From the human T2T-CHM13v2.0 reference genome, Homo sapiens, in NCBI RefSeq assembly GCF_009914755.1, contig NC_060925.1: a DNA stretch of 64,000 nt, one strand, 5' to 3'. A model generated the notes under the pieces. That model did no database searches. It was given only the letters and a program-made list of their open reading frames with translations, and was not told the origin of the DNA. The position numbers and the translations under genes are program-made. This document shows positions 27,474 through 40,459 of the stretch, piece by piece (positions within the stretch are counted from its first letter, which is position 1; the number at the start of each line of letters is the position of its first letter).

Positions 27474-28806
27474 CTGCAGATGGCGAGGGTTGGTACCAGC
27501 CCTTAGGAAAATGGCACTTTACGGAATCCCAGGCGGTTAAAGGATCCAGCAAAGAAGACCTGAGGACAGGCAGCCAGCGAGGAAGGAGAAACACCAGGAA
27601 CCCGGGCAAGGAAGTCAAGGGAAAAGAGGAGCATCAAACAAGGAGGGTGTGACACTGCAGAAAGGTGAACTGGACTCCATCAAAATGGAAACCTTCTGTG
27701 CATCAGAGGACACTATCAATAGAATACAAAGACAACCCACAGAAATGGCTGGGTGCAGTGGCTCACGCTTGCAATCTCAGCATTTTGGGAGGCCGAGGCA
27801 GGTGCATCACCTGAGGTCAGTAGTTCAAGACCAACATGGTGAAACCCTGTCTCCACTAAAAATACAAAAATCAGCCAGGTGTGGTGGCGGACACCTATAA
27901 TCCCAGCTACTCAGGTGGCGGAGGCAGGAGAATCACCTGAACCCAGGAGGTGAAGGCTGCAGTGAGCTGAGATCGCACCAACTGCACTCCAGCCTCGGTG
28001 ACGAGCAAGACTCCGTTTCAAAGAAGAAAAAAGAAAAAAAAGAAAAGACAACACACAGAATGGAAGAAAATATGTGTAAATCATATATCTGATAAAGGTT
28101 TAATATCTAGGATATATAAAGAACTTCTCCAACTAAACAACAAAACAACCCAATTCAGAAATGGGCAAAGGGCCAGGCGCAGTGGCTCACACCTGTAATC
28201 CCAGCACTTTGGGAGGCCGAGGTGGGCACATCACCTGAGGTCACGAGTTCAAGACCAGCCTGGCCAACGTGGTGAAACAGTGTCTCTACTAAAAATACAA
28301 GAATTAGCCAGGTGTGTTGGTGGGCACCTGTAATCCCAGCTACTAGGGAGGTTGAGGCTGAGGCAGGAGAATCGCGTGAGCCCAGGAGGCAGAGGTTACA
28401 GTGAGCCAAGATTGTGCCACTGCGCTCCATCCTGGGTGACAGAGTCTCAAAAAAAAAAAAAAAAAAAAAAAAAGGAAAAAGGACTTGAATAGACATTTCT
28501 CCTGAGGAGATATACAGATGGTCAATAAGCACTTGAAAAGTTGCTCAATCTCATCGTCATTAGACAAATGCAAATCAAAAACCACAATGAGATACTACCT
28601 CACGTCTATTAGAATGGCTTTTAAAACAAACAAAACAAAAAGTTGGCATGGATGTGGAGACATGGAACCCTGGTGCATTGCTGGTGGGAGTGTAAACCCA
28701 TGCAGCTGCTGTGGAAACCAGTTCCAAAAAGTTAAACAGAATTACCATACAATTCTAGTCCCAAGTATATACCCAAAAGAGTTGAAAGCAAGGACTCAAA
28801 CAGATA

Positions 28807-29368
28807 CAGTCCCTCCTTATCCGTAGGGGACTGGTTCCAGGACCCCTCAGATACAAAAATCCATGGATGCTCAAGCCCCTTGTATAAAATATTGTAGTAT
28901 TTGCAATATGACCTATGCTCATATATCCTCCTGTATACTCTAAGCCAGGGGTTCCAATCTTTTGGCTTTCCTGGGCCACATTGGAAGAATCGTCTTGGGC
29001 TACACATAAAATACACTAACACCAACGGTAACTGATGAGCTTAAAAAAAAAAAAAAAAAACACCACACAAAAAAATCTTATAATGTCTTAAGAAAGTTTA
29101 CAAATTTGTGTTGGGCCACATTCAAAGCCATCCTGGGCCACATGCGGCCCAGAGGCCGAGGGTTGGACAATGGACAAGCTTGCTCTAAATTGTCTCTAGA
29201 TTACTTACAATACCTAATACAATGTAAATACTATGTAAACTGTTGTACTGTGTTGTTTTTATCTATATTATTTTTTGTTGTTGCATTGTTATTTTTGTTG
29301 TTAACATTTTCAATCTGCGGTTGGTTGAGTCTGTGGGTGCGGAACCTGCAGATGCAGAGGGCTGACGG
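28807..29368. mobile_element. MER2 (TcMar-Tigger MITE), TA TSD, hosting MER30
   Basis: ta|cagtccctccttatccgtaggggactggttccaggacccc...gagggctgacgg|ta. Confidence 0.8.
28946..29182 (+). mobile_element. MER30 (hAT-Charlie MITE)
   Basis: caggggttccaatcttttggctt..ctgggccacattggaagaa...ttggacaagcttg; TSD ctctaagc/ctctaaat. Confidence 0.85.
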
Positions 29369-29831
29369 TACTTGTACACCAATGTATTTGGGGACATTCT
29401 TCACAGTGGCCAAAAGTGAAAACAACCCAAGTATCTATCAACAGATGATTGGGTAAACAAAATGTGGTATATATACAATAGAATGCTACTCATTACAATA
29501 GAATGTTACTCCATAAAAAGGAATGGAGTTCTGACACTTGCCACAACTTGGAGGAACCTTGAGGACATGTTAAGTAAAATAAGCCAGGCACCAAAAAACA
29601 AATATGATATGATTCTACTGGTATGAGGTATTTAGAATAGATAAATACATAGAGACAAAGTACCATAGAGGTTACCCAGGCTGGAGGGGAAGGGGGAATG
29701 GGAGTCACTGTCTGAACAGGCTGAGTTTGTTTGGTATGATAAAGAAGTTCTGGGAATGGATAGCGGTGACATTGCACAATATTGTGAATGTACTTAATGC
29801 CACTCTGAATTGTACACTTAAAAATGGTTAA

Positions 29832-30008
<177 letters not shown>

Positions 30009-30271
30009 TGAGTAGCTGGGATTACAGGCACTGGCCACAATGCCTGGCTAATTTTTGTATTTTTAGTAGAGACGCGGTTTCACCATATTGGTCAGGATGG
30101 TCTCGAACTCCTGACCTCAGGTGATCCACACACCTCGGCCTCCCAAAGTGCTGGGATTACAGGCGTGAGCCACTGCACCCAGCCCACAATTTCTAAAATA
30201 TGTAAGTAATAAGAAAATTAAAACTTGACTAATTTTTACAGGCAGAGTCAGCAAGGTCCAAGAAGGCTGAG

Positions 30272-30284
30272 AGGTCAAAGGTCA
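30272..30284 (+). promoter_or_regulatory. Perfect DR1 nuclear-receptor element AGGTCA-A-AGGTCA
   Basis: Exact consensus seen; function untested. Confidence 0.45.
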
Positions 30285-31081
30285 AGTAAACGAGAACGGA
30301 AGTGAGCACAAGATACGGTGGCATGCAGGTGGGCAAGCGCCTTGGCGGGAAGAGTGACCGTGGTGGGGTCCTCAAAGGCCAGATGCAGGGGTGAGCAGGA
30401 GTAGAGAGTAAATAGACTCTTCCAGTCCTAGACTACAGGAAGTCAGAGCTGGGAGAGCCTTTGGAAATCTTTGATCAGTTCCAGCCCTTCTGTGAGAGAT
30501 GCGGAAACTGAAGCTCCGAGAGGGGCAGGAACTAGCCCAGGAATTCTAGAGCTGCAATCTCAGCTCACTGCAACCTCCGCCTCCCGGGTTCAAGCAATTC
30601 TCCTGCCTCAGCCTCCTGAGTAGCTGGGACTACAGGTGCCTGCCACCATACCCAGCTAATTTTTGTATTTTTTAGTAGAGAAGGGGTTTCACCATGTTGG
30701 CCAGGCTGGTCTCGAACTCGGGCCTCAAGTGATCTACCCGCCCCAGCCTCCCAAAGTGCTGGAATTACAGATGTGAGCCACTGTACCCGTCTTGGACTCC
30801 ATTTTCTTATTTCCCCCGTGAAGGGTCAGAACAAAGCATGGCATAGCCGAAATAACTAAGATCTAAGGGTTAGAGAGGCCAAGTTCAAACTAAAGTCTAT
30901 CCTACCCCTTACTAGCTATGTGATCCTAGGCAAGGGAATTTTCCTCCCTGAGTCTCTGCATTCACATCGGTAAAATGGCAACAATGAGTCCCATGCTGAA
31001 GCTGATCTAAGGTTTCCCCCAACCCCTGGAGGCTGGTGGGCACCCTGCAGAGCACAGATGGGGGCAGGAGAGAGAACCTAC

Positions 31082-31169
31082 CTGCACAGAACACGCCCTT
31101 CACTCCACTTCTGAAGAGCAGGACACGCACTTGCCGGTCCTCCCGCAGCTGGGCCAGAGTTTCCAGCAG
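31082..31169 (-). CDS. ECHDC2: ECHDC2 exon 3 (LLETLAQLREDRQVRVLLFRSGVKGVFCA)
   Basis: 88 nt, phase 0/1; ctgtag acceptor, GTAGGT donor. Confidence 0.96.
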
Positions 31170-31238
31170 CTACAGAGGACACCCAGTTAGATAGTGCCAG
31201 CCCATCCCCAGCCCACCCTGGCGCCCGCCCTTTCTTAC

Positions 31239-31306
31239 CTCACTGACGAAGACATTCCCCAAGGCATTGCGGGCAGAAGGTCTGTTCATCAGAATCTCAG
31301 TGATCC
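31239..31306 (-). CDS. ECHDC2: ECHDC2 exon 2 (GITEILMNRPSARNALGNVFVSE)
   Basis: 68 nt, phase 1/0; crotonase NRP..RNAL motif; GTAAGA donor. Confidence 0.96.
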
Positions 31307-31725
31307 CTGTAAGGAGTCAGGGCAGCCACGGGAAAGCAGCTGGCTCTGCCTAATCCTGGGCTGCGGGCTGGGGACTGGAGGCAGGAGGCCTGGGATCTGG
31401 GGAGCCTCTGCCCTAGATGACCAGAGTGACTTGCCACAAGTCACACACTCAGGCAGGCCTCAATTTTCCCAACCATAAAATGGAGAGAAAAACCCTTGCT
31501 CTTTCTGCCTCAGAGAGAAAGTGGAAGGACTTGTAAACTGTGAAGCAAAATGGGGAGAGGAACAACAGTGACTACCACAGTAGCCCTTGCCTGCTTCTGC
31601 TGTTGTTAGACAGACAGACACACACACACACAAGCACACATGCACCCATGTACCTTCTTTAATTTTACAACTCCCTCCATATTCATCTTTTTTTTTTTTA
31701 TTTTTGGCGGGGGAGAGTTTTGCTG

Positions 31726-32501
31726 TTTTTTTTTTTTTTTTAGACAGGGTCTCAACTCTGTCACCCAGGCTGGTGTACAGTGGTGTAAACATGGCTCACT
31801 GTAGCCTCAACCTCCTGGGCTCAAGCAATTCTCCTCCCTCAACCCCCAAAATAGCTGGGACTATAAGCATGCGCCATTACACCTGGCTAATTTTTGTGCT
31901 TTTTGTAGGAACGAGGTTTTGCCATCTTGCCCAGCCTGGTCTCAAACTCCTGAGCTCGAGCAATCTGCCCGCCTCGGCCTCCCAAAGTGCTGGGATTACA
32001 GGTTTGAGCCACCGCGGCCTTAATCTTTTCTTCACAGCAGACTTCTTCCTCTAGAGTTTGAGGAGTTATGATAAGGCAAATACCCTTATAACCACCACCC
32101 AAATCAAGAAATAGAACTGTGCCGGCCACCTCAGAAACCCCACCACATGCCCTGACTCAATCGTAGCTCCCTCCTTCCCCCTGAACAAGTAACTCTTTGA
32201 CTTATAGTAATCACCTCTGTGTATTTCTTTATAATTTTTTTTTTTGAGACAGAGTTTCACTCTTGTTACCTTGGCTCACCACAACCTCCGCCTCCCAGGT
32301 TCAAGCGATTCTCCTGCCTCAGCCTCCGGAGTAGCTGGGATTACAGCATGTGCCACCACGCCCGGCTAATTTTGTATTTTTAGTAGAGATGAGGTTTCTC
32401 CATGTTGGTCAGGCTTGTCTCGAACTCCTGACCTCAGGTGATCCACCCACCTCGGCCTCTAAAAGTGCTGGGATTACAGGTGTGAGCCACCACACCCGGC
32501 C
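31726..32501 (-). mobile_element. Two antisense Alus (~31726-32019, ~32233-32501)
   Basis: Alu consensus; TSD atttctttataatttt around the second. Confidence 0.87.
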
Positions 32502-35194
32502 ATTTCTTTATAATTTTATCACCCAGGTGTGCATCCTTAGGTATCATAGTTTAGACTTGCTAATTTCTAAAATTGCCGTGTATCTTTTAAATCCTGGTAC
32601 AACCCCCACATGCTCCCCACAACTCTGTCTTTCCCTCAGAGATTATCTGTGGAGGAGCCTGGGGTATTTGACCTACAGGGTTTCTCAAAGCCTGGGTTTT
32701 GCTAACTGCACAATCACGGGGACAGATCAATATGCTCCTCTGTCACAATAAATTAGCAACTAAATACAGAGGCTTAGTGTTCTGTCCTGTTTGGCAAGAC
32801 AGTAATCCTGGCCCTACTTGTGTAATATTCTTTCACCAGCAACAGCCAAGCTTCTTGGTAGTTTTCTATACTCATTTAGTCACTTTCTTACCTTCCATTC
32901 GCTCAAACCTTCTCCAATCTAGGTTCCAGCCCCATCACTCAGCAGACATTATTCTCATTAAAGTGATGAATATAGCCACATCACTAACCAAGGGACACGT
33001 TTCTCTCCTTGCCTCAACCTCGTGGCAGCAAAAACCTTTGCTGACATTAACACACTCCACTTGATCGTTTTCTGCTTTGGCTTCTTAGAAGAATATTTAT
33101 TTGTTTATAAATAGATGATTTTCTTAGAGCAGTTTTAGGGTCACAGCAAAATGGAGTGGAAAATACAATTCAATACAGTTCACCTATACTCCCTGGCCCT
33201 ACACAGGCACAGCCCCTTCCGCAATCCCCATCCCCCACCAGAGGCACGTGTTGCAACTGACGAACCTACACTGATGCACTGTCGCCACCCGGGGGCCCTA
33301 GTGTACACTGGGGTTCGCTCTTGGTGGTGTACACTCTGTGGGTTTACACAGATGCATAATGACACGTATCTGCCTTGGCTTTGGCAGGCCCCCATTCTCC
33401 TTCCTCCTACCTTTCAGGTGATGCCTCTGCACTCCTTCACTGCTTCTCTTCTGCCCAATTATTTTAAGTGCGTAAGTTCCTTAAGGCCAATCAGATTCTC
33501 TTCATTCACTCATTTGTACATTTATATATTTGCTGTGTGCTGGCCTCTACTAGACACCGTGATTCCAGAGACCAGGACAGACTCAAGGCCTGTCCTCATG
33601 GAACCTACAGCCTAGTGGGGAAGACAGACATTAAATAATTACTATTTGTGAGGAGAACTTGGAGAAAAAGGACAAACAAGTAAGGGGCCTCCAGTGGGCA
33701 GAGGGGAGCCCTAGTATAGAAGGTCAGCAATGAGTTATCAGAGGAGGCAGTGGCCTTTAAGCTGAGAGCTGACAGGAGAGTAGGAATTGGCCAGGCAAAA
33801 GATGTAAGAGTGCATGTGTGCATGTAAGTGTGCATGCATGGGTGCATATGTGAGCGTGTGCATGAGTGCCTGTGTGTGTGCATGCATGTTGGCAAGGTGC
33901 AGGGAAGGGGGCAGTCCAGGAGAGAAGCCTGTTGCAGGCAGAGGGAGTGGCAGAGAAGAGGGCCCAGGTGTGGGACTGCAGGGTGCCTTCCAGAACTGGA
34001 GGAGTTCAGGCAGAGGGAGAGCAGGATAAGCTGAGGCAGGAGGGACCTCCCTTCCACAGCTAACACACGCCTGCCTCCTGTACACCCAGGGCTCCCGTGT
34101 GTGCCCAGGAGCCCAGAGCTCTCCTGTGCACCCCAGGCCTGAATAGCCAAATGCCTACTTGATATCTCAACTGGTATGTCCTGCTCCATTGATGAGCCAA
34201 TGACCTTGCTATCAACTCAGAAGTTGATCCTGTCACCTCGCTCTTACCTCACCTACAAAATGCACTCAGTCACTAAGGCCTGCTAATCCAACCTCTTAAA
34301 GAGATCTCAGGCCTCTCAGCTCACACCGCTTCTCACAGCCATTAATCTGGCATAGGCTCTTTCCTGCATCCCTCGGATCACCCACCTGGCCCTCGAGTCC
34401 TCAGTCTTGCTCCCTCCCAGCACACACACATTCGTTCCCACATTTGGGTCACAGTCATCTTTCTTACCCCAATCCGACCACGTCCCTCCCCTTCCCCCTT
34501 CTTTTCCTCAAAATAAAGTTCAACTCCTTAATACCGACCATAAGGCCCCCCCAATCTGACTCTTGCACCCACTCTGGCCCCAATTCACCCCCGCCATCTA
34601 GTCAGGGTGTGGGGAAGAGAGATGGGCTCTGGGAAGGAGCTCACACCCTTATCATCCCTTCTAGGCTGTTTCTCCTCCTACGAAAAATCAGGATGGACAT
34701 TTCAGGTCTTCCCAGGGCTGAAATCCAGCAGGTGCCCAGAGGAGTGTTTCCCAATCCTTTGGCCTTCAAAGACCCCTTATTATTATCTCCCAGGGTCCTC
34801 AGCTTTGTCTGTAAACAAGCAGTGTTTATGAAGTTGGCATTCTCAGTTTAAGCTGATCAGAGACACAGAAAGGCCAATGAAAGTTTCTGGGCTCTCAAGG
34901 GACAGGGTGTTCAGCCAGGAATTACAGAACTATGGCTAGGGGCAAAGAACTGTAACATTCAGGCAAACTGGACTTCCTTAGCCTCCCCAGAAACCTGCAA
35001 AGAGCTCTTAGAGCCCAGCAGGTCTGGAGGCTCCAGAGAGGTGTGCAGATGGCCATAAGGTCGCTTCCAGCTCCAGTGCTCCAGGAGAGAAAATGGGGCA
35101 ACTCTGGAGAAGGGAGACTGCAGTGGATAGAGAGATGCCAGATCAGGAGGAGTCAAGGACCCTGACCCCCACAAACTTCAGAGCAGTCTAGATC

Positions 35195-35765
35195 CAAGGT
35201 CCCCAGAGTGGCCCTCATGTTTACATCCTGAATAATCCCCTCCCTTGCATGTGGGTGGGACCTGTGAATTGCTTCTAAGCAATAGTATACAGCAAAGGTT
35301 ATACAATGTTACTCCTGAGATTAGGTTAAGTTATATGGTGAAGGTAATGTGACTTCTGTAATTCGGTTATAGTATATAAAAGGCTCTGTCTTATTAGAGA
35401 CACTCATGGGCCTAACGAGAGGGTCAAGTAGCAAAGGACTGCGGGCAACCTCTAATTGCTGAGAGTGACCCCCGGCCAACAATCAGCAAGAGAACAGGAC
35501 TTCAGTCCAACAACCATAGGAGGTGAATTCAGGTCTCAGCAACCTGACGACCTTGGAAGCAGATCTTTCCCGTCAAGCCTGGGATGAGACCACAGCCCTG
35601 GCCAACTCCCGACTGCAGCCCAGCCTGGCAAGACCTGAAGCAGAGAACTCTGCTAAGTTGTGCCTTGACTTCTGACGTACAGAAACTAAAAAATGATAAA
35701 TGTGTGTGACTTTGAGTATCAAAGTTTGTGATCATTTGTTAGGTAGTAATAGAAAGCTGATATAG
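35195..35765 (+). mobile_element. MLT1-family MaLR LTR
   Basis: 'aatcccctcccttg..tgtgggtgggacctgtgaattgcttcta...gataaatgtgtgtg...aagtttgtgatcatttgtta...aatagaaagctgatata'. Confidence 0.75.
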
Positions 35766-36457
35766 CCGTGGTATCCTGGGACTGGCAGACACTCCTCTCT
35801 CTGCTTTCCTGTTCTTTCCTTCCATTCTCTCTGGCTGACTGTCTCTCATCTTTCAGCTTCATCTCCTGTCTCCACCTACATCTCCCTCTCGGAATACTGA
35901 CTGTCAACTCTTACAAGCCCTTAGCTCAAGCCACAACTCAGCCACACACCAGCCCCATGGCCTTGGGCAAACCACTTTACCCTTCTGGCCTTCAATTTCC
36001 TGATCTGTAAGAGAAATAATAAAAAGGTTATTGTTAGGATTAAAAGAGATAATGCATTTAAGTGTCTAACCAGAGTTTGTGTAAAACGCCCAGATACTAG
36101 GGCAAGTCTCGGACCTAATACAGTATCTGAACTTTAAGCTGGGAGCCCCCCAGGAGCCAGGCAGGGTGTCTTTGGCTGCCGACATTCAATTGTGCAACAT
36201 TTAATTTGCACTACCACATGCCAGGTCCTGGAGAAATGGACAGTAATCAGCCAAGGTCCCTGTGTTCTTAGTCTAGCCCCGATGCTGGGAACATTGCCCT
36301 TCTGACCCCAACAGCGGGGATGGGGCTGTGCTGCACCCTTCCCACTCTTACCAAACCTACCATACCACTGAGCAGCTGACCTAGGATCACTTCTGTCCAG
36401 ATGGCTTGGGTCACAGGCGAGGTGTTGTGGGTAGAAGTCAACAGAAACCACTAGAAG

Positions 36458-36754
36458 GGCCAGGCGTGGTGGCTCACGCCTGTAATCCCAGCACTTTGGG
36501 AGGCCGAGGCGGGTGGATCACCTGAGTCAGGAGTTCAACACCAGCCTGACCAACATGGTGAAACCCCGTCTTTACTAAAAAGACAAAAATTAGCCAGGCG
36601 TGGTGGCACACACCTATAATCCCAGCTACTTGGGAGGCTGGGGCAAAGAATCGCTTGAACCCAAGAGGCAGAGGCTGCAGTGGGCCGAGATCACGCCACT
36701 GCACTCCGGCCTGGGCAACAGAGTGAGACCATCTCAAAGAAAAAAAAAAAAAAA
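36458..36754 (+). mobile_element. AluS
   Basis: Full dimer; TSD-like agaaaccact flanks. Confidence 0.9.
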
Positions 36755-37160
36755 GAAACCACTGAAGGGTAGTGTGGAGAACAACTGATTTAACAACACT
36801 TTACTATACAGAAGAGGAAACTGACGCCCGGAAACAAGGAGGATTTGCTCAAATAACAGCTGGACCCAGCTGGCAATCCTGACTCTTAAAGAGCTAACAG
36901 CCTAGAAGAGAGACAAGTTCAGACACACGAAACATAAAAGGACAGTGTGGGGGACGGAGCAGCAGAGCAGGGGAGTTCCAAAAAGATTTCCATAAGCAGA
37001 AAGGAAGGAAGAGGAGCCAAGTCAGGGCACAGCTAGAGCAAAACACAGAGGTAACACACCTTCAAATGAGCCCATGGGTAGAGGAGGGAGGATGGAAAGG
37101 TCAGCTTGTGGTGGAGAACCTTAGTGCCCAGCTAAGGAGTTGAAGGACAGCCATTAATTA

Positions 37161-39102
37161 CAGTCATGCACAGCATGATGATGTTTTAGTTGGTCAGCTA
37201 CAGACCACATATAAGACATATAAGTCCCATCAGACTCTAATGGAGCTGAAAAATTCCTATTGCCTAGTGACACCATAGCTGTCATAACATCATAGCGCAA
37301 TGCAACACTCAAATGCTGGTGGTGAGGCTGGTGTAAACTAGCTTGCTTTACCAGTTATACAAAAGCACAGCACATACAATTAGGCCCACAACATAATACT
37401 TGATAATGATAATAAAAGACTATGTTTTAGGTTTATATATTTACAATATTATTTTTACCATTATTTTAGAATATACTCCTACTTTTTATTTTTAATTTTT
37501 TTGAGACAGGGTCTTACTCTGTTGCCCAGGCTGGAGTACAGTAACACGATCATGGCTCACTCATGGGTTAAACACCTTTGGGCTCACTTGCAAATATCAG
37601 GAATCCTTGATATTGGACAGCCTTGACCTCCCCGGCTCAAGCCATCCTCCCACCTCAGCCTCCTGAGTAGCAGGGGCTACAGGTATGCACAACCATGCCT
37701 GGATAATTTTTGTATTTTTTTGTAGAGAAGGGGTTTCACTATGTTTCCCAGGCTGGTCTCAAACTCCTGGGCTCAAGCAATCTGCCTGCCTCACCCTCTC
37801 AACGTGCTGGGATTACAAGAGTGAGCCAGGTGAGCCACTGTACCTGGCCTGGGCCGTGTGTACTCCTACTTATTAAAAAAAAAAAAAAAAAGAAAAGAAA
37901 AAAGTTCAGTGTAACACAGCCTCAGGCAGGTCCTTCAGTAGGTATTCCCGATTGTTATCATAGGAGATGGCAGCTCCATGCACGTTATCGCCCCTGAAGA
38001 CCTTCCAGTGGGACAAGATGTGGAGGTGGAAGACAGTGATAGGTCTAGGCTCGTGTGTGTGCTTGTGTCTTTGTTTTTAACAAAAAAAGTTTAAGAATTA
38101 AAATTTTTAAAAGCTTATAAAATAAGGATCTAAAGAAGAAAACATTTTTTGTACAGCCGTACAATGTGTTTGTGTTTTAAGCTGAGTGTTACTACAAAAG
38201 AGTCAAAAGTTGAAAAAATTAAAAAGTTTATAAAGTAAAAACAGAGTAAGCTAAGGTTAATTTATCATTGAAGAAAGAAACATTTGTAAAGCAAATTTAG
38301 TGTAGCCTAGGTGTACAGTGTTATAGAGTCTATAGTAGTGTACAGTAATGTCCTAGGCCAGGGGTCCCCAACCCCCGGGCTGTGGACCCATCCCAGTCTG
38401 TGGCCTGCTAGGAACTGGGCCACACAACAGGAGATGAGCAGCTTCATCTGTATTTACAGCAGCTCCCCATGGCTTGAATTACCACCTGAGTTCCACCTCC
38501 TATCAGATCAGTGGTGGCATTAGAATCTCATAGGAGTGCGAACCCTATTGTGAACTGTGCATGTGAGGAATCTAGGTTGTTGCGAGCTCCTTATGAGAAT
38601 CTAATGCCTGATGATCTGAGGTGGAACAGTTTCATCCCCAAACCATCTGTCCGCCCGCAAGTCCATGGAAAAACTGTCTTTCATGAAAATAGTCCCTGGT
38701 GCCAAACCAGTCCCTGCTGTCCTAGGCCTTCACATTCACTCACCATTCACTCGCTGACTCACCCAGTGCAGCTTCCAGTCCTGCAAGCTCCATTTATGGT
38801 AACTGCCCAGTACAGGTGTACTATTTAAAAAATCTTTTAGACTGTATTTTTACTGTGCCTTTTCTATGTTCAGATACACATTTACCATTGTGTTACAGTT
38901 GCCTACAGTATTCAGCCCGGTACCATGCTGTCCAGGTTTGTATTCTAGGAGCAACAGGCTATACACCATGTAGCCTTGGTGTGCAGTAGGCTACCCCATC
39001 TAGGACTGTGTAGGTGCACTCTGTGATGCTCCCACAATGACCACAATCACCTAATGATGCATTTCTCAGAATGTAGCCCCGTTGTTAAGCAACACATGAC
39101 TC
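37161..39102. mobile_element. Tigger3-family DNA transposon, TA TSD, hosting an Alu (37484-37853) and MER1
   Basis: TIR-like ends ta|cagtcatgcacagcat... and ...gttgttaagcaacacatgactc|ta. Confidence 0.8.
38359..38719 (+). mobile_element. MER1 (hAT-Charlie) with perfect 8-bp TSD TCCTAGGC
   Basis: caggggtccccaacccccgggc...; TSD at 38351-38358 and 38720-38727. Confidence 0.88.
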
Positions 39103-39895
39103 TATGAGAAATAAAGCCGCTAAGAACAGTGAAGAATGGTTTACCACCCAACCTCAAGCTCAAAGGCAGCAGGTAAAATGTAACAGTGCTCTTGTGCCAT
39201 CAGCCCCAGTGGAAGGCAGAACCTGCAGCTTCTAATATGAACATCAAATGACCCCAACTCATTCCCTGTGAGGGCTCCGTGTGTGATCTCATCCCCATGC
39301 CTCCTCTGCACTGTCATCTTGGTTTCTGTCTCTCCTTCTCTCACTGCCTTTTCCTGCCCTTTGAGCCCTCTGGCAGGGGCAGAGGCTTAATCTGCTGATC
39401 CTTGTCATTCTTTTTTGGATAAAATGATTCCCGATATTTGCAAGTGAGCCTAAAGGTCTTTAACCCATGATAATTTTGTGTTTACACATGTACAAGTCTG
39501 TATTTTGAGTCACTGAATTACTAGAAGAGCCAGTGATTACCTAATGGTTGAGAACACAGGCTTTGAAATCAGACCTGGTTCAAATAACTTAACCTTCTGT
39601 GCCTCAGTTTTTTAATCTGTAAAGTGGGGAGAATAATCTTGACTGTCTTAAGAGCTGTTGCCAGTTGGGTAGTGAACTAAGCATGAGATTGGGGGTATAA
39701 GGTTCAGCAATATTAACTGTTCAAGGAAATTCTCACCAAGTGGTGCAGTGGGACTCTAGGTGGCCTGTCCGTGTCCACTGAAGGTGGTAGATGCACACTT
39801 GGGAACAGTGGGCAACAGCAGGGAGCAAGGAACTGGATTTTATGGCAAAGCCCCGCTTCAAACTTGTTGTCAAGCCGGTAAAAAGGAAGCAATAC

Positions 39896-40272
<377 letters not shown>

Positions 40273-40459
40273 GAAGCAATACAACGAAATGTACAGTACA
40301 ATGCCATCTGTGTATCAAATGCAGGAGACAGGGGATGAGATGCGGGGAGGAGACCCAAGGCAGGAGAAGCGCCTAGCCCTGATGGTTACCAGCAGAGGAC
40401 TGAGGAGCGTTATCAGCACCACTGAATGCTCCAGAAGTTCAAACAACAACAACAACAAA

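Noticed and set aside
33605-34189. 194-aa His/Thr/Met-rich ORF
   Set aside because: Product of the low-complexity TG/CA tract and old repeat sequence.
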